Origin: a virus
Length of the DNA: 64,000 nucleotides
Virus record (IMG/VR): IMGVR_UViG_3300017971_007885
Location: 1 to 64,000 of that record
Reading direction: 5' to 3' (one strand)
The position numbers and the translations under genes are program-made. Below the pieces are notes generated by a model. The model searched no databases and was not told the DNA's origin. It saw only the letters and a list, made by a program, of their open reading frames with translations. Shown in pieces: positions 47,746 through 56,910 of the stretch (within the stretch, counting starts at the first letter, position 1; each line of letters opens with the position of its first letter).

Positions 47746-48962
47746 TGACTCAAAATCAACTTGTTTTTTCAAACCAACCCGATTCATCGATCTTTGTTTG
47801 GAAGGCAATGGGAGATCGGTGGTATGTGGCCATCGTTTCAAAGGCAACCACGGACCGGGTTGGCGAACTGGTTACAATCAAGGGAATGGACTTTGCGATC
47901 GACGTTGCAAAGCGGCACAATTATCATTCCGGGCTCTACATCGAACATGCGGTGCCATGGACACGCATAGGGCGATCGGTGCGCGAAATGCGAATTGGAA
48001 AGCTGTGGATCGAGATCGGGAAGTTTTATAAGAACCCATTAGCAAAACTAGCCTATAAGGCATTGCAAAAGGCCAAAGACGGCGCGATTAGGTTGAGCGT
48101 GGGCTTCTTAACGCCAGCAAAGCAACGGAAACTTGGCGTATATACAAAGCTTTTGAAGTTTGACACGAGTTTGGTGCTTAAACCGGCTCACCCAGAAACA
48201 CACATCATAGTGGGAGGTAACAAAATGAGTGATCTAATGCAACGGGTCTTGAAACTGCTTGGCCCTGAGAATCCGGAAGAGGAAGAACAGGCCATGGCAA
48301 TGCTCAAGGAGTTGTTCACCGGATCGAAGTCCATGGACGGTGATCTTGCCTTAGTGGGGAAGGCCGGAAAAGGCAAGGACGACGACGACAAGAGCGGTTT
48401 CCCGGCTTTTCTGAAGAAAGTCAAAGCCGGGGACAAAGAATTGTTTGGCATGCTGGAAAAGATGGCTGAAGAGATGCCCGACAATGAAGCTCTGAAAAAG
48501 GCTTGTGCGACGATGAAGAAACGCATGAGCGAATACCCGGCCATCGAAGAGAAGCAGGAACCGCCCCCGGAAGAGGAAGAGGAAGAAGAAGAGGCAGTGG
48601 CCGCCAAAACAAAGAGCGGTGAAGGGGTCGAGACTCTGCTTACCGCTGTAGCGGAGATCGTGGACGCCAGGCTTGTCCCGATCACGGAAGCCCTTGCCGG
48701 ATTATCAAGCACGCCGGGCCAGGTCGTGGAACTGACCGAACGGGTCAAGAACTTGGAAGCCGGGGACCAGGCGGCGGAAGTGATCGCAGCTTTGGTCAAG
48801 CGGTTGCCTGACATGGCTTTTGCTCAGTCCACCCGGCCATCCGACGATGCTGAAGACGTTGGCGACACGGCGGACTTGATCGAAGAGCTTCAGAAACGGC
48901 TTGACTTTGGCGACGATGAACCACAGCACCCACTTGCGCATTTTATTGGCGCGGGCGAGTAG
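47742..48962 (+). CDS. prohead protease-scaffold fusion
   Basis: DRVGE, EH, LSVGF, SLV..PA HK97-protease-like motifs; acidic helical C-half; upstream of capsid. Confidence 0.7.
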   Translation: MMTQNQLVFSNQPDSSIFVWKAMGDRWYVAIVSKATTDRVGELVTIKGMDFAIDVAKRHNYHSGLYIEHAVPWTRIGRSVREMRIGKLWIEIGKFYKNPLAKLAYKALQKAKDGAIRLSVGFLTPAKQRKLGVYTKLLKFDTSLVLKPAHPETHIIVGGNKMSDLMQRVLKLLGPENPEEEEQAMAMLKELFTGSKSMDGDLALVGKAGKGKDDDDKSGFPAFLKKVKAGDKELFGMLEKMAEEMPDNEALKKACATMKKRMSEYPAIEEKQEPPPEEEEEEEEAVAAKTKSGEGVETLLTAVAEIVDARLVPITEALAGLSSTPGQVVELTERVKNLEAGDQAAEVIAALVKRLPDMAFAQSTRPSDDAEDVGDTADLIEELQKRLDFGDDEPQHPLAHFIGAGE

Positions 48963-49026
48963 CCAACCCATTCTAGTGCACGATTGCACGGAATGAAACC
49001 CAGAAACACATTTTGGAGGTAACAAG

Positions 49027-50472
49027 ATGGATCAAAACACATTATCAATGCTTGTCCGGTTGGCTGAATCGGGCCAGTCAGAAACCCTACTGAACCTCTT
49101 GGGCAATGACATGGGCGGTGTGGCTGTGCGCCGGAAAGCACTCACCAACACTCTTTTGTACGGCAATGGTGGGTTGTTTACCGTTTGTGCGGATGACAAC
49201 TTGATCAACGCATCGGTGAACGATGATGGCATTTGTGCCGTTATTCCCTGGAAGCCCACCACGGCGGATGTGCGCCGCCAACCCGTGATCACGGCGATCG
49301 GACACTTGGGCGGCTACGCTCAACCAACCGATCAGTGTGGCGATCCCCCGGTCAGCGATTGGCGGGGGTGTGAACTCGAATGGTGCATTGGCCGCATCCG
49401 TGGCCGATCCCCCGAGTATGACCGGCTGGATCTTGGCACCCGATGGTGCGAGAAATACCCGATCTTTCGCACCTTTGGTAGTTTGACCGTGGGCGGGCAA
49501 ACGATCGCTCCCACTGGCACCCAGATCCAGAATGATGCAGAGTGGGGAGCCGTGGCCGCCGCCATCCAGGTCCGCCAGGTGCTTGGACGCTGGATCTATA
49601 CTGGCAACCGGTCCACAAACCGGAACATGTTCGATGGGTTCCAGATCCTGATCAACACCGGTTATACCGATGTTCAGAGCCGGATCCCGTGCCCCGCCGT
49701 TGACTCGAAGATCGAGGACTTTGAAAGCGACTGCATCAGCGACGAAACGAGCGGCAAGAACATCTATGCCTACCTGGAAGCCGTTGTGCAACGGATCATC
49801 CAGAGGGCACGCCAGGCCGGTCTAGGCCGTCCCAAAGCGGAAGATATGGTGCTTGTGATGCGCACCGAGATGGCAGAAGCCTTGTATGAGTATTGGGCTT
49901 GCCAGATCGGGCCGTGCTCCACCACGCTCCCAGTGGCTGGAACGGCAACCAACCAAGTGCAGTTTGTGTCTTCCGACTGGGCACGCCAGTTTGCCGATGA
50001 CCTACGCCGCCGTGAAGTGCTCTTGGTGCACGGTATGTACATCCCGGTTGTGACCGACGATTACATGCCCTTTACCAATGGAGCAGGGGTCAATAACCGG
50101 ATCTCGGATATCTACATCTTGACGCTTCAGATCTCGGGGCTGCCCAACGTTTACGGTGAATTCCAGGACTTCCGGGCGGGCGTGGGTGACTCGATCACCG
50201 GCTTCAATGAAGAACTTTACGGTGGTCAGCCAACCGATGAGGGCCGCTTTTACGTATGGCAAGAGCGAACCAACACTTGCTTTGACGTGAGGCTTGCCGT
50301 GAAACCACGCTTGGTTGTGGCTATGCCCTTCCTTTGTGGCCGGGTATCCAACGTTTGCGTGACGCCGCTTAACCCGCCGTTGTCGAGCTATCCGCCAGAT
50401 GGTAGCCCGTATTACCCCGATGGTGGCGCTTACGATGCCACGTATGACGCCGGGGACTGCGTGTATAGCTAG
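49027..50472 (+). CDS. major capsid protein (Cys-rich)
   Basis: strong GGAGG RBS, follows scaffold, YTGN...FDGF, DIYIL HK97-fold-type motifs. Confidence 0.7.
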   Translation: MDQNTLSMLVRLAESGQSETLLNLLGNDMGGVAVRRKALTNTLLYGNGGLFTVCADDNLINASVNDDGICAVIPWKPTTADVRRQPVITAIGHLGGYAQPTDQCGDPPVSDWRGCELEWCIGRIRGRSPEYDRLDLGTRWCEKYPIFRTFGSLTVGGQTIAPTGTQIQNDAEWGAVAAAIQVRQVLGRWIYTGNRSTNRNMFDGFQILINTGYTDVQSRIPCPAVDSKIEDFESDCISDETSGKNIYAYLEAVVQRIIQRARQAGLGRPKAEDMVLVMRTEMAEALYEYWACQIGPCSTTLPVAGTATNQVQFVSSDWARQFADDLRRREVLLVHGMYIPVVTDDYMPFTNGAGVNNRISDIYILTLQISGLPNVYGEFQDFRAGVGDSITGFNEELYGGQPTDEGRFYVWQERTNTCFDVRLAVKPRLVVAMPFLCGRVSNVCVTPLNPPLSSYPPDGSPYYPDGGAYDATYDAGDCVYS

Positions 50473-50485
50473 AAGGGCGGCTTGA

Positions 50486-51334
50486 ATGAGCCGGAGTGAT
50501 AGGGGAAGCCCTTCCGGGGCTTCCCCCACTGTACACCTTGTGGGCAAGCGAGATCCGTGGATCTTAGGCAGGTATGCCGATATCTTGACCGGGCGGCTTG
50601 GTTGGTCAATCGGAGAACGTCCAAAAACGGACGTGGCCTTGAACCTCTTTTGGCCTTACTTGTCGATCATGGTCGGGGATCCGCTCCCACAGACCAAGAA
50701 CGCCGCTTTTTTCACGCACCTTGAAGAAGCGGAAAGAGGCCGTACCCAGTCAAAAATAAACCGATGGCATAACGCGGCTCAAGTGGTGGACCTGCGGATC
50801 TGCATGACTGCCAAATACAGGGAGATCTTGGCTCCCCATGGGCCAACGGTGCACGTGCCGGTACCCATAGAAGAGCAGTTTGCGCCCTGCAAATTGCGGG
50901 TGGGTGTGGCCGGGAAGGTGTATGATTTATCTCGCAAGGGTGAAGACCTGGTGCGGCAATTGGTCAACACCAAAGAATTTGACGTGATCGGGGCCGGAGA
51001 AGGATGGCCGTGCCCCACAAAGTTTTACAAGTGGGCGGATATGCCCAAATTTTATCAATCGCTTGATGTGTTCCTGGTTACGTCTGAAGTGGAAGGCGGG
51101 CCGGTAACGATGCTAGAGGCGCTTAGATGTGGCGTGCCGGTTGTGGCTCCGGCACACGTGGGAATGGTGGATGAATTCCAGGTGGCCACATACAAGCGGG
51201 GCAATTTTCAATCAATGCTTGCCCGGCTCCGGACCTTCCAGTTGGGAAGGATAAAGCGATATCAGAGCGTGGCCAATAGAACGGTGGAAAACTTTGCGCA
51301 AGCCTGTCAACAAGCCATCGAACGGGTATGCTAA
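50486..51334 (+). CDS. GT-B (GT4-like) glycosyltransferase
   Basis: RKG; DVFLVTSEVEGGPVTMLEALRCGVPVV (E-x7-E). Confidence 0.85.
   Translation: MSRSDRGSPSGASPTVHLVGKRDPWILGRYADILTGRLGWSIGERPKTDVALNLFWPYLSIMVGDPLPQTKNAAFFTHLEEAERGRTQSKINRWHNAAQVVDLRICMTAKYREILAPHGPTVHVPVPIEEQFAPCKLRVGVAGKVYDLSRKGEDLVRQLVNTKEFDVIGAGEGWPCPTKFYKWADMPKFYQSLDVFLVTSEVEGGPVTMLEALRCGVPVVAPAHVGMVDEFQVATYKRGNFQSMLARLRTFQLGRIKRYQSVANRTVENFAQACQQAIERVC
50502..50526 (+). terminator. stable hairpin after capsid gene (possible attenuator)
   Basis: GGGGAAGCCC/GGGCTTCCCC 10-bp stem; no U-tract. Confidence 0.45.
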
Positions 51335-51983
51335 CACAGGGGCCATGTTTGTGGCTTATGGTCAGAAAGCGATCCAATGTTTCTATGATTGTGCGGAATC
51401 GCTCCGAGTGCATCACCCGGATATGCCTATAGTGGTGATCGGGGATCAATCAATCGTTTTCCCGAATTGCACGTGCCTACAGGAGCCAAGCACCGATATC
51501 GGAGCCAGAAGCATCAAGACTCAGATTTGGCGGTATGTACCCGATGGTTGGACATATGCGCTATACATGGATGTTGACACACTTGTATTGAAACCGCTAG
51601 ATCGTTTCTTGCAACCATTGCTTGACGGTTGGGAACTGGTTATGGTCCGGGATGAGTTGGCGGATGTAGTGGATCGGTGCCGACTCAAGAACAATGAAGA
51701 AAAGCAACACATCAAGAACGCTTTTGGGACCGGGGAACTAGTCCAGTTTGCGGGCGGTTTGTTTTCTTGGCGTATATGCCCAACAGTGCAACGTTTTTTC
51801 GAGATATGGCATGCAGAGTGGGGCCGTTTCAGCTTCAGGGATCAAGGGGCTTTGGTGCGGGCCTTGGCACTTACGCCGGTCAAACTTTGGCCACTCGGAT
51901 GGGCGGCCAATGCTTCCAAACGAGAGCATGCGATCGAAGTATGGCATATACACGGCAAGGCCAGAATGGCAGGTGCTCAATGA
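51294..51983 (+). CDS. GT-A (GT8-like) glycosyltransferase
   Basis: LYMDVDT (DxD), GG.F, RDQGAL..AL, H.HG. Confidence 0.75.
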   Translation: MRKPVNKPSNGYANTGAMFVAYGQKAIQCFYDCAESLRVHHPDMPIVVIGDQSIVFPNCTCLQEPSTDIGARSIKTQIWRYVPDGWTYALYMDVDTLVLKPLDRFLQPLLDGWELVMVRDELADVVDRCRLKNNEEKQHIKNAFGTGELVQFAGGLFSWRICPTVQRFFEIWHAEWGRFSFRDQGALVRALALTPVKLWPLGWAANASKREHAIEVWHIHGKARMAGAQ

Positions 51984-52999
51984 CTTGGTTACAAGCATGG
52001 ATTATCAATCAAGATCCGGTTGCCCAGTTGGCCGTAGCGGAAAAAGGTGGGCCGGGCTCCGGGAACTGGGGACACGCCGGAGTAAAGGGCACTCGTGGCG
52101 GATCTGCTCCTAAACGGGGCAAAGGTGCGGCCATGTCTTTGGCTACTGGCAAGGATTGGGAAGAGCGCCAGATGCAAACCATAGAAGATGCTTACTTGGC
52201 AGATGCTGAAGATAGTTCCAAGCGACTTTATCAAGCCGCCGTGAAGGGTGGCAAGCTGTCTACCAAAGAACAAAGAAAGGATGCCCTGAAGAGCTACAAA
52301 GCACTCAAAGAATTAGACCGGCATAGCATGTATGAGCCGATGGATGACTATCCGGCTATGTCGGAAGCCCTTGCCTATACTGTTAGTCATGGCAGTTTGA
52401 AACAAGCAAGGGCCAACTTCCAAGAAATTGCCGATCTGTTGGTAGATCCAAAACGTAAAGAAGAAGAAGAGTGGAAAGTGCACCGGGTGGATGCCATAAC
52501 ACGGGCCAGGGGTGAACGAGTGCCGGGCCTAAAGAAACAAGCAAAGCCAAAGCCGGTTGAGGTAGTAAAGCCGTCCGGACCGGAAGCAAAAAAGATCTTG
52601 GATGCCAAACCGGTCACGGATGACTATTATATAAACCGCCCAGTAAGCCGGAGAACGATCGGGGGCGGGGTAACAAGCGAATGGCAGAAGGTCAAGGCCA
52701 AGCCGGTTAAGGTAGCGGGCTATGAAGATCAAGATTTTTTCATTCACCGGCCATTGGGCTCCAGAAAAAGCGGTTGGACTATCTCAGAAGGCCGCACCGG
52801 TACATCACTTGTTTTACAATACGGCGGCACTCAGGCCAAAGCCATCCGAAAGCTTACGACTATACTGGACAAAATAAAGAAAGCAGGGCGGACCACGTTT
52901 CAGAACAAAATAACCAGTGCCGTGAACGCCAGTACACAAAGAGGTCAGCCTTTGCAATCGCCCCGCTATGGCGGAACAGGGCCAATATATAGGGGCTAG
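51980..52999 (+). CDS. tagged basic protein (putative internal virion protein)
   Basis: LQAWII...AEKGGPGSGNWGHAGVKGTRGGSAP. Confidence 0.7.
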   Translation: MTWLQAWIINQDPVAQLAVAEKGGPGSGNWGHAGVKGTRGGSAPKRGKGAAMSLATGKDWEERQMQTIEDAYLADAEDSSKRLYQAAVKGGKLSTKEQRKDALKSYKALKELDRHSMYEPMDDYPAMSEALAYTVSHGSLKQARANFQEIADLLVDPKRKEEEEWKVHRVDAITRARGERVPGLKKQAKPKPVEVVKPSGPEAKKILDAKPVTDDYYINRPVSRRTIGGGVTSEWQKVKAKPVKVAGYEDQDFFIHRPLGSRKSGWTISEGRTGTSLVLQYGGTQAKAIRKLTTILDKIKKAGRTTFQNKITSAVNASTQRGQPLQSPRYGGTGPIYRG

Positions 53000-53013
53000 A
53001 AGGGATACTTGAC

Positions 53014-53466
53014 GTGAAGCTACAACTTGGGGCCGGGGACCGGCCACGTCAAGGGTACATTAACAGCGATATTATCAAACTGCCAGGGATCCAGGTGATT
53101 CACGATCTGAATGTGCTTCCATGGCCCTGGGAAGATGGGAAATTTGAAGAGATCCTATCTTTGGCTGTGTTTGAACACTTGTGGCTCAGACTGGACACGA
53201 GTATAGAAGAGTGTTGGCGGCTCCTGAAGCCGGACGGCTTGCTTATTTTCAAAGTGCCAGATTGCAATTCCCCCACAGTGGCGGATGATCCACAACACAT
53301 TCATAGGGGATGGAGCAACCGGACTTTTGACTTCTTCGATCCGACTCGGGGCGAATATGGCAAGCGGGGCCAGATGTATGGATATCATCCATGGTCCGTT
53401 CTCTCGATCAAGCCGATAGCCAACGGGAATTCTTGGATGGTGCGCATGCGGAAGGTTGGGCAATGA
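53014..53466 (+). CDS. SAM methyltransferase (type 11-like)
   Basis: LQLGAG, HDLN..PWP, FEH, RLLKPDG, DPQH. Confidence 0.8.
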   Translation: MKLQLGAGDRPRQGYINSDIIKLPGIQVIHDLNVLPWPWEDGKFEEILSLAVFEHLWLRLDTSIEECWRLLKPDGLLIFKVPDCNSPTVADDPQHIHRGWSNRTFDFFDPTRGEYGKRGQMYGYHPWSVLSIKPIANGNSWMVRMRKVGQ

Positions 53467-54590
53467 GACAAACGATCTATAGATCGGGGACAAACAAAAT
53501 AGAGACGCCAAATCAAATATCCACGCCCACGCGCCAGGTGCCCTATGTTATGCCGCTTCACTATCCAGAAGTGATCTTGGACTGCTACAATGAAGGCGAT
53601 CAGGCACTTTTCATGTTTCCAGAAGCGTGGCTTGCCCCAGAGTATTGCAAGTTGGGCTTTAGGGTCTTGGCTCAAGGGTATGACATAGTTGTGCCGCTCC
53701 GGGAACATCAAGAAGAGCCGGTCATGTATGCCGGGCTTCTATGGATGGCCTTCAGCGATCCGGTAAAGGCGTTCTTGAGAGACTGGGCATTAAAGAGCCA
53801 GGAGCTTTATCCGTGGCGAGCCTTTCATGATGCGCTTTATGAGAGCGGGATCCGGGTATGGTATGCGCCGGCCACGTGGTGGAAGCAACCGACCTATGCC
53901 GGTATGGCCGTGATCATTCCTTGCTACAACCATGAAGAATTCTTGCTTGAAGCGGTAAACTCTGCGCTCCGGGCCAGGGCCGATCAGATTATCATTGTAG
54001 ACGATGGATCTCCGGGGGATGTGCTTGGGGCGCTTGCACCATTGATCAATCGAAGGAAAGCGCCGATCTTTGTGCTCAAGCAGGAAAACAAAGGCTTGCC
54101 CGCCGCCAGAAATGCCGGGATCCGGGCCACGACTATGCAGCATTGCATTGCTCTGGATGCTGACGATCGAATCTCGGATCATTACATTGCCAGGGCGAAA
54201 AAGGCGATCATCAAACACACATGGCTATATAGCAATGTCGAGCTTTTTGGTGACGCTCAGAGGGTGGTCAAGCCTAAAGTCAACAGGGCTTCGATGCGTG
54301 CAATGCAACCGACCAATGCCACTACAGTGGTTCCAAAGCACGCATGGCAGTTTGTGGGCGGGTACGATGAAACGATAGGTGGCTTTGAATCGTGGGACTT
54401 TTTATCAAGGCTCATACAGGCCAATTGGACACCACGCAAATTCACGGGCGTGGCCTACTATCGGAAACGGAACGGTGAAGGCATGTTGGCGGAAAAGGTT
54501 TTTGCTGACAAGCCAACTTACTTCAAGGGTTTGATAGATCGCAACCCGGTCTATTTCCGGGGTGCCTTCAAAGAGCACTTGCGTGAATAA
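53463..54590 (+). CDS. GT2 glycosyltransferase
   Basis: IIPCYN, IVDDGS, N.GL.AARNAG, LDADD, GGYDE, ESW. Confidence 0.85.
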   Translation: MRQTIYRSGTNKIETPNQISTPTRQVPYVMPLHYPEVILDCYNEGDQALFMFPEAWLAPEYCKLGFRVLAQGYDIVVPLREHQEEPVMYAGLLWMAFSDPVKAFLRDWALKSQELYPWRAFHDALYESGIRVWYAPATWWKQPTYAGMAVIIPCYNHEEFLLEAVNSALRARADQIIIVDDGSPGDVLGALAPLINRRKAPIFVLKQENKGLPAARNAGIRATTMQHCIALDADDRISDHYIARAKKAIIKHTWLYSNVELFGDAQRVVKPKVNRASMRAMQPTNATTVVPKHAWQFVGGYDETIGGFESWDFLSRLIQANWTPRKFTGVAYYRKRNGEGMLAEKVFADKPTYFKGLIDRNPVYFRGAFKEHLRE

Positions 54591-54610
54591 CGCTAGAAAG
54601 CAGGTCCAGA

Positions 54611-55156
54611 ATGGAACAAAGTACACGGATGGGGTTGGTTGAGTACATAGGAGCCAAGACGGCTTCTTTCTCAGTAGCCTATAACCCAACTCAGGGCCGG
54701 ACCGTGAACCGGATGTGGGCGGCCATTGGTAACGATCAATCGCCCATGATCAAACAAAGAAGGTGGTTGCCGGAGCCAGAGGCACGATTTTACAACGCTT
54801 TTGCGGACTTTAGGCTTTTGCGATGGGGATCGAGCGTTTCAACCGAACCGGTCAGAACGCCGGTGGTTACTGCATTCTCGGAGCCGATTCCGGAACCGCA
54901 AGCCCTTCCTTTGCACGTGCTTTTACAACAGCAAAGAGATGCAATGATGGCCGTTGCCCCGGCCGGCGCGATCGTGACCAAGGACATAGAAGAGATCGGG
55001 CCGCAATATCTCATGTCAAAATCTGGAACTGTTCACAGGCCAGAATGCTCTTCAGCCAAGAGGATCAAAACGCCGGTAGAATTCCATACGATGGAAGACG
55101 TAACCGCCGATCCGAACTTCAAAAAGTTTCATAGTTGTTGTGAGGGATTAACGTAA
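54611..55156 (+). CDS. hypothetical protein with C-terminal metal-binding motif
   Basis: YIG..T.SF.V N-domain; VHRPEC...HSCC. Confidence 0.6.
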   Translation: MEQSTRMGLVEYIGAKTASFSVAYNPTQGRTVNRMWAAIGNDQSPMIKQRRWLPEPEARFYNAFADFRLLRWGSSVSTEPVRTPVVTAFSEPIPEPQALPLHVLLQQQRDAMMAVAPAGAIVTKDIEEIGPQYLMSKSGTVHRPECSSAKRIKTPVEFHTMEDVTADPNFKKFHSCCEGLT

Positions 55157-55395
55157 TGGGTTGAGGGTGCCCAACTCGGACGGGTCCGAGCAGAACCAGG
55201 CCACGGCGGATTTTCAAACCAGATCCAACGTGGAAGCAGATCCTGTACATCGGTGGGCGTGCGGGCACGTTTACCGTGCCGGGAGGATATACCGGCCAAG
55301 ATTACGCTATTTGTCCAAATACGCTTATACCAGTGCACCCACGGGACATGCCTTTTTTTGAGGGTAGGCCAAGGGAGTATAAAACAGTATGGTGA
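55156..55395 (+). CDS. 79-aa candidate selenoprotein (M-G-U-G-C...), missed by ORF track
   Basis: TAATG-coupled start, GAGGG RBS, TGA at codon 3, 76 further open codons, stop overlaps next ATG; SECIS-like hairpin. Confidence 0.7.
55175..55190 (+). promoter_or_regulatory. candidate bacterial SECIS element
   Basis: CTCGGAC-GG-GTCCGAG perfect inverted repeat 10 nt after UGA. Confidence 0.65.
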
Positions 55396-56594
55396 ATCCA
55401 AGTCCGTTTTATGCGCCGGGCTTTATCGCTCCAGGTATCGCACCGGTGCCGATCTCACTAACTGAATACATCCAAACCACAGGGATCAACGAATATCTAT
55501 TCTATGGCGTGAAACGGGGCGCTTACGTGCCGGAAAGTACCCAATTTTACGACTTTTGGGATCGCCAGATGATTTATCAATACCTGCGGGCGGCGGAGCG
55601 CCAGATCGAGAACAAGATCCGGGTCCACCTTACCCCTACTTGGGCGGATGAAGACGGCGAAGAAGTGATCGTGGCAGATATGCGCGGCTATGTCTCAACA
55701 TCGGGCCGCTCTGGGTACTATGCATGGCACGATTTTGCAGGTGCGTGGCCCTGGAGTGGGAGCGGATCGTACTATTACAACCCAACAAGCTTGGACTGGA
55801 AGGCATTTATCCAGGCCGGGCAAAGAAAAACTTCTGTATACGCCGCCCATGCCACGGTTTCATATGGCGGTGACTGGGCAAAAGTGACCGTTCCAAGTGG
55901 CGGGGTGGGCTCCAAGGACGAAATACGGGTATTTTATGCCGATGGCACCCATACCTATGGGCCAGAGCCGTCCAAGATCAAAGTGGGACCGAACAACATT
56001 ATCATTACATGGCCAAAGGTCCGGATGGTTAAGCCAGAACTGAGCACCAGGCACAACTTGCCGGTGGACTTTGACGATAACAACAACTTTGTGGAAACGA
56101 TCACAGTGGCCCGAGAGTACAACGATCCAAGTGTTCAAGCCGTGGTCAGAACACGCCGGAACTGCAATACAACCGCATGCCAGGAGAGCACGGAAACAGC
56201 TTGTATCTTTCCTTCAGAACGGGAACTTGGTTATGTGGCCATCTATCCGGCTTGCTATGGCGGTGGACAGTGGCGGCGGCGGACGGCATTCCAGGGAATC
56301 CCAGATGTGGCGTTTCTGCATTATCAATCAGGGCTGAAGACCTTGCCGCCAGGGTGGGATCAAGCGATCATCCGCCTTGCTCACACGATTATGCCAGAAG
56401 CACCATGTCCGACAGGTCACCAACCCCAAGATCGTTTCTGGAGCAGGGACCGGAACATGAGCCATTCACAAACCCGAGAGCGGATCAATTGTCCGTGGGG
56501 GCTAATGGATGGGGCGTGGTACTCCTGGATGTTTTTCGAGGAACAAGAGCAGAATTATAGCAAAGGGGGTGGTTTACTTGCCTTCAGAGGATAA
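55389..56594 (+). CDS. head-tail connector/adaptor-like protein
   Basis: YLRAAERQIENKI and Y.SG...P...QAIIRLA connector-type motifs; position. Confidence 0.55.
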   Translation: MVNPSPFYAPGFIAPGIAPVPISLTEYIQTTGINEYLFYGVKRGAYVPESTQFYDFWDRQMIYQYLRAAERQIENKIRVHLTPTWADEDGEEVIVADMRGYVSTSGRSGYYAWHDFAGAWPWSGSGSYYYNPTSLDWKAFIQAGQRKTSVYAAHATVSYGGDWAKVTVPSGGVGSKDEIRVFYADGTHTYGPEPSKIKVGPNNIIITWPKVRMVKPELSTRHNLPVDFDDNNNFVETITVAREYNDPSVQAVVRTRRNCNTTACQESTETACIFPSERELGYVAIYPACYGGGQWRRRTAFQGIPDVAFLHYQSGLKTLPPGWDQAIIRLAHTIMPEAPCPTGHQPQDRFWSRDRNMSHSQTRERINCPWGLMDGAWYSWMFFEEQEQNYSKGGGLLAFRG

Positions 56595-56907
56595 ACAGAT
56601 CGTATTTTTCGATCCTAGAAACTACCGGAGAGGCAATCCCAATGTGATCTTGTTTCATAGCAACCGCTTCTTGATCTTGCCCTTATCTGAGGTAGCCATA
56701 GCTGAAGATGGTATTTTGTCCGTTGATCAAGTCAACTTGGCTTGTGCATTTGATGTAACCCCAGACTTGCCGCCCCGAGTGGTGGGAAGCGCGTGGAAAC
56801 ATCACATTGTTTTCAATACAGAAGTAGATCCAGTGTGGGCCGTAGGTGTAGCCCGATCGTGTGACCTATCCGCAAGTGAGATTGTGGACAAATTCATGGA
56901 GGTATAA
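56569..56907 (+). CDS. hypothetical protein (start uncertain)
   Basis: fills gap before tail gene. Confidence 0.5.
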   Translation: MVYLPSEDKQIVFFDPRNYRRGNPNVILFHSNRFLILPLSEVAIAEDGILSVDQVNLACAFDVTPDLPPRVVGSAWKHHIVFNTEVDPVWAVGVARSCDLSASEIVDKFMEV

Positions 56908-56910
56908 GAA

